This document shows, one piece after another, positions 19,583 to 20,000 of a stretch of 20,000 bases of DNA. The DNA is from Chiloscyllium plagiosum (lineage: Eukaryota). Each line of letters starts with the position of its first letter. Positions within the stretch are counted from its first letter, which is position 1. A program made the translations under genes and the position numbers. Location of the stretch: NCBI RefSeq assembly GCF_004010195.1, contig NC_057757.1, positions 8,639,257 through 8,659,256 of the forward strand, in the 5' to 3' direction. A model generated the notes under the pieces. It saw nothing but the letters and a program-made list of their open reading frames with translations. It ran no database searches and was not told where the DNA came from.

Positions 19583-20000
19583 TTGTTGTGGTTCTGTTCG
19601 CCGAGCTGGAAGTTTTTGTTGCAAACATTTCGTCCCCTGGCTAGGCGACATCATCAGTGCTTGGGAGCCTCCTGTGAAGCGCTTCTTTGATGTTTCCTCC
19701 GGTGTTTATAGTGGTCTGTCCCTGCCGCTTCCGGTTGTCAGTTTCAGCTGTCCGCTGTAGTGGTTGGTATATTGGGTCCAGGTCGATGCGTTTGTTGATG
19801 GAGTTTGTGGAAGAATGCCATGCCTCTAGGAATTCCCTGGCTGTTCTCTGTCTGGCTTGCCCTATGATAGTAGTGTTGTCCCAGTCGAATTCATGTTGCT
19901 AGAGGCATGGCATTCATCCACAAACTCCATCAACAAACACATCAACCTGGACCCAATATACCAACCACTACAGCGGACAGCTGAAACTCACAACCGGAAG
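19583..20000 (-). mobile_element. Penelope-like element 3' end (GIY-YIG endonuclease C-terminus and pLTR) with an inverted duplication running off the window
   Basis: Minus frame 19898-19641 reads QHEFDWDNTTIIGQARQRTAREFLEAWHSSTNSINKRIDLDPIYQPL...PSTDDVA*. Inverted arms at 19728-19829 and 19899-20000. Confidence 0.88.
19621..19660 (-). ncRNA. Minimal hammerhead ribozyme of the Penelope element
   Basis: GCA-CUGAUGA-U-GUC.CCU-AGCC-AGG.GAC-GAAA-U-GUU/UGC. The core is intact, with a 6-bp stem II (one mismatch) and a 3-bp stem I. Confidence 0.7.

Noticed and set aside
1..20000. Prokaryotic systems (CRISPR, retron, RT-based defence)
   Set aside because: There is no repeat-spacer array or operon structure. 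All RT fragments are eukaryotic LINE or LTR types.

Overview
Repeat-dense eukaryotic genomic DNA, very probably from a shark (elasmobranch). It carries HE1-type tRNA SINEs and CR1/HER1-type LINE fragments. The window holds one intact two-exon class A GPCR of the GPR139/GPR142-like group: exon 1 CDS 8515-8614, exon 2 9780-10681, 333 aa spliced. The ORF track misses exon 1. A TATA box and an O/E(EBF)-like site lie just upstream. The rest is mostly transposon debris: a decayed Gypsy pol (1-~4350) split by two CR1 insertions, at least 10 CR1 pieces, five HE1 SINEs and older SINEs. The most striking non-coding signal is a set of Penelope-type elements bearing minimal hammerhead ribozymes. One is a perfect 181-bp palindrome (14086-14266) encoding a hammerhead on each strand, inserted into a SINE with a 15-bp TSD. 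A second is a decayed relative inside another SINE (5816-6035). A third is a GIY-YIG Penelope 3' end with its own hammerhead and an inverted duplication (19583-20000). Family names come from recognition by eye; no database search was run.
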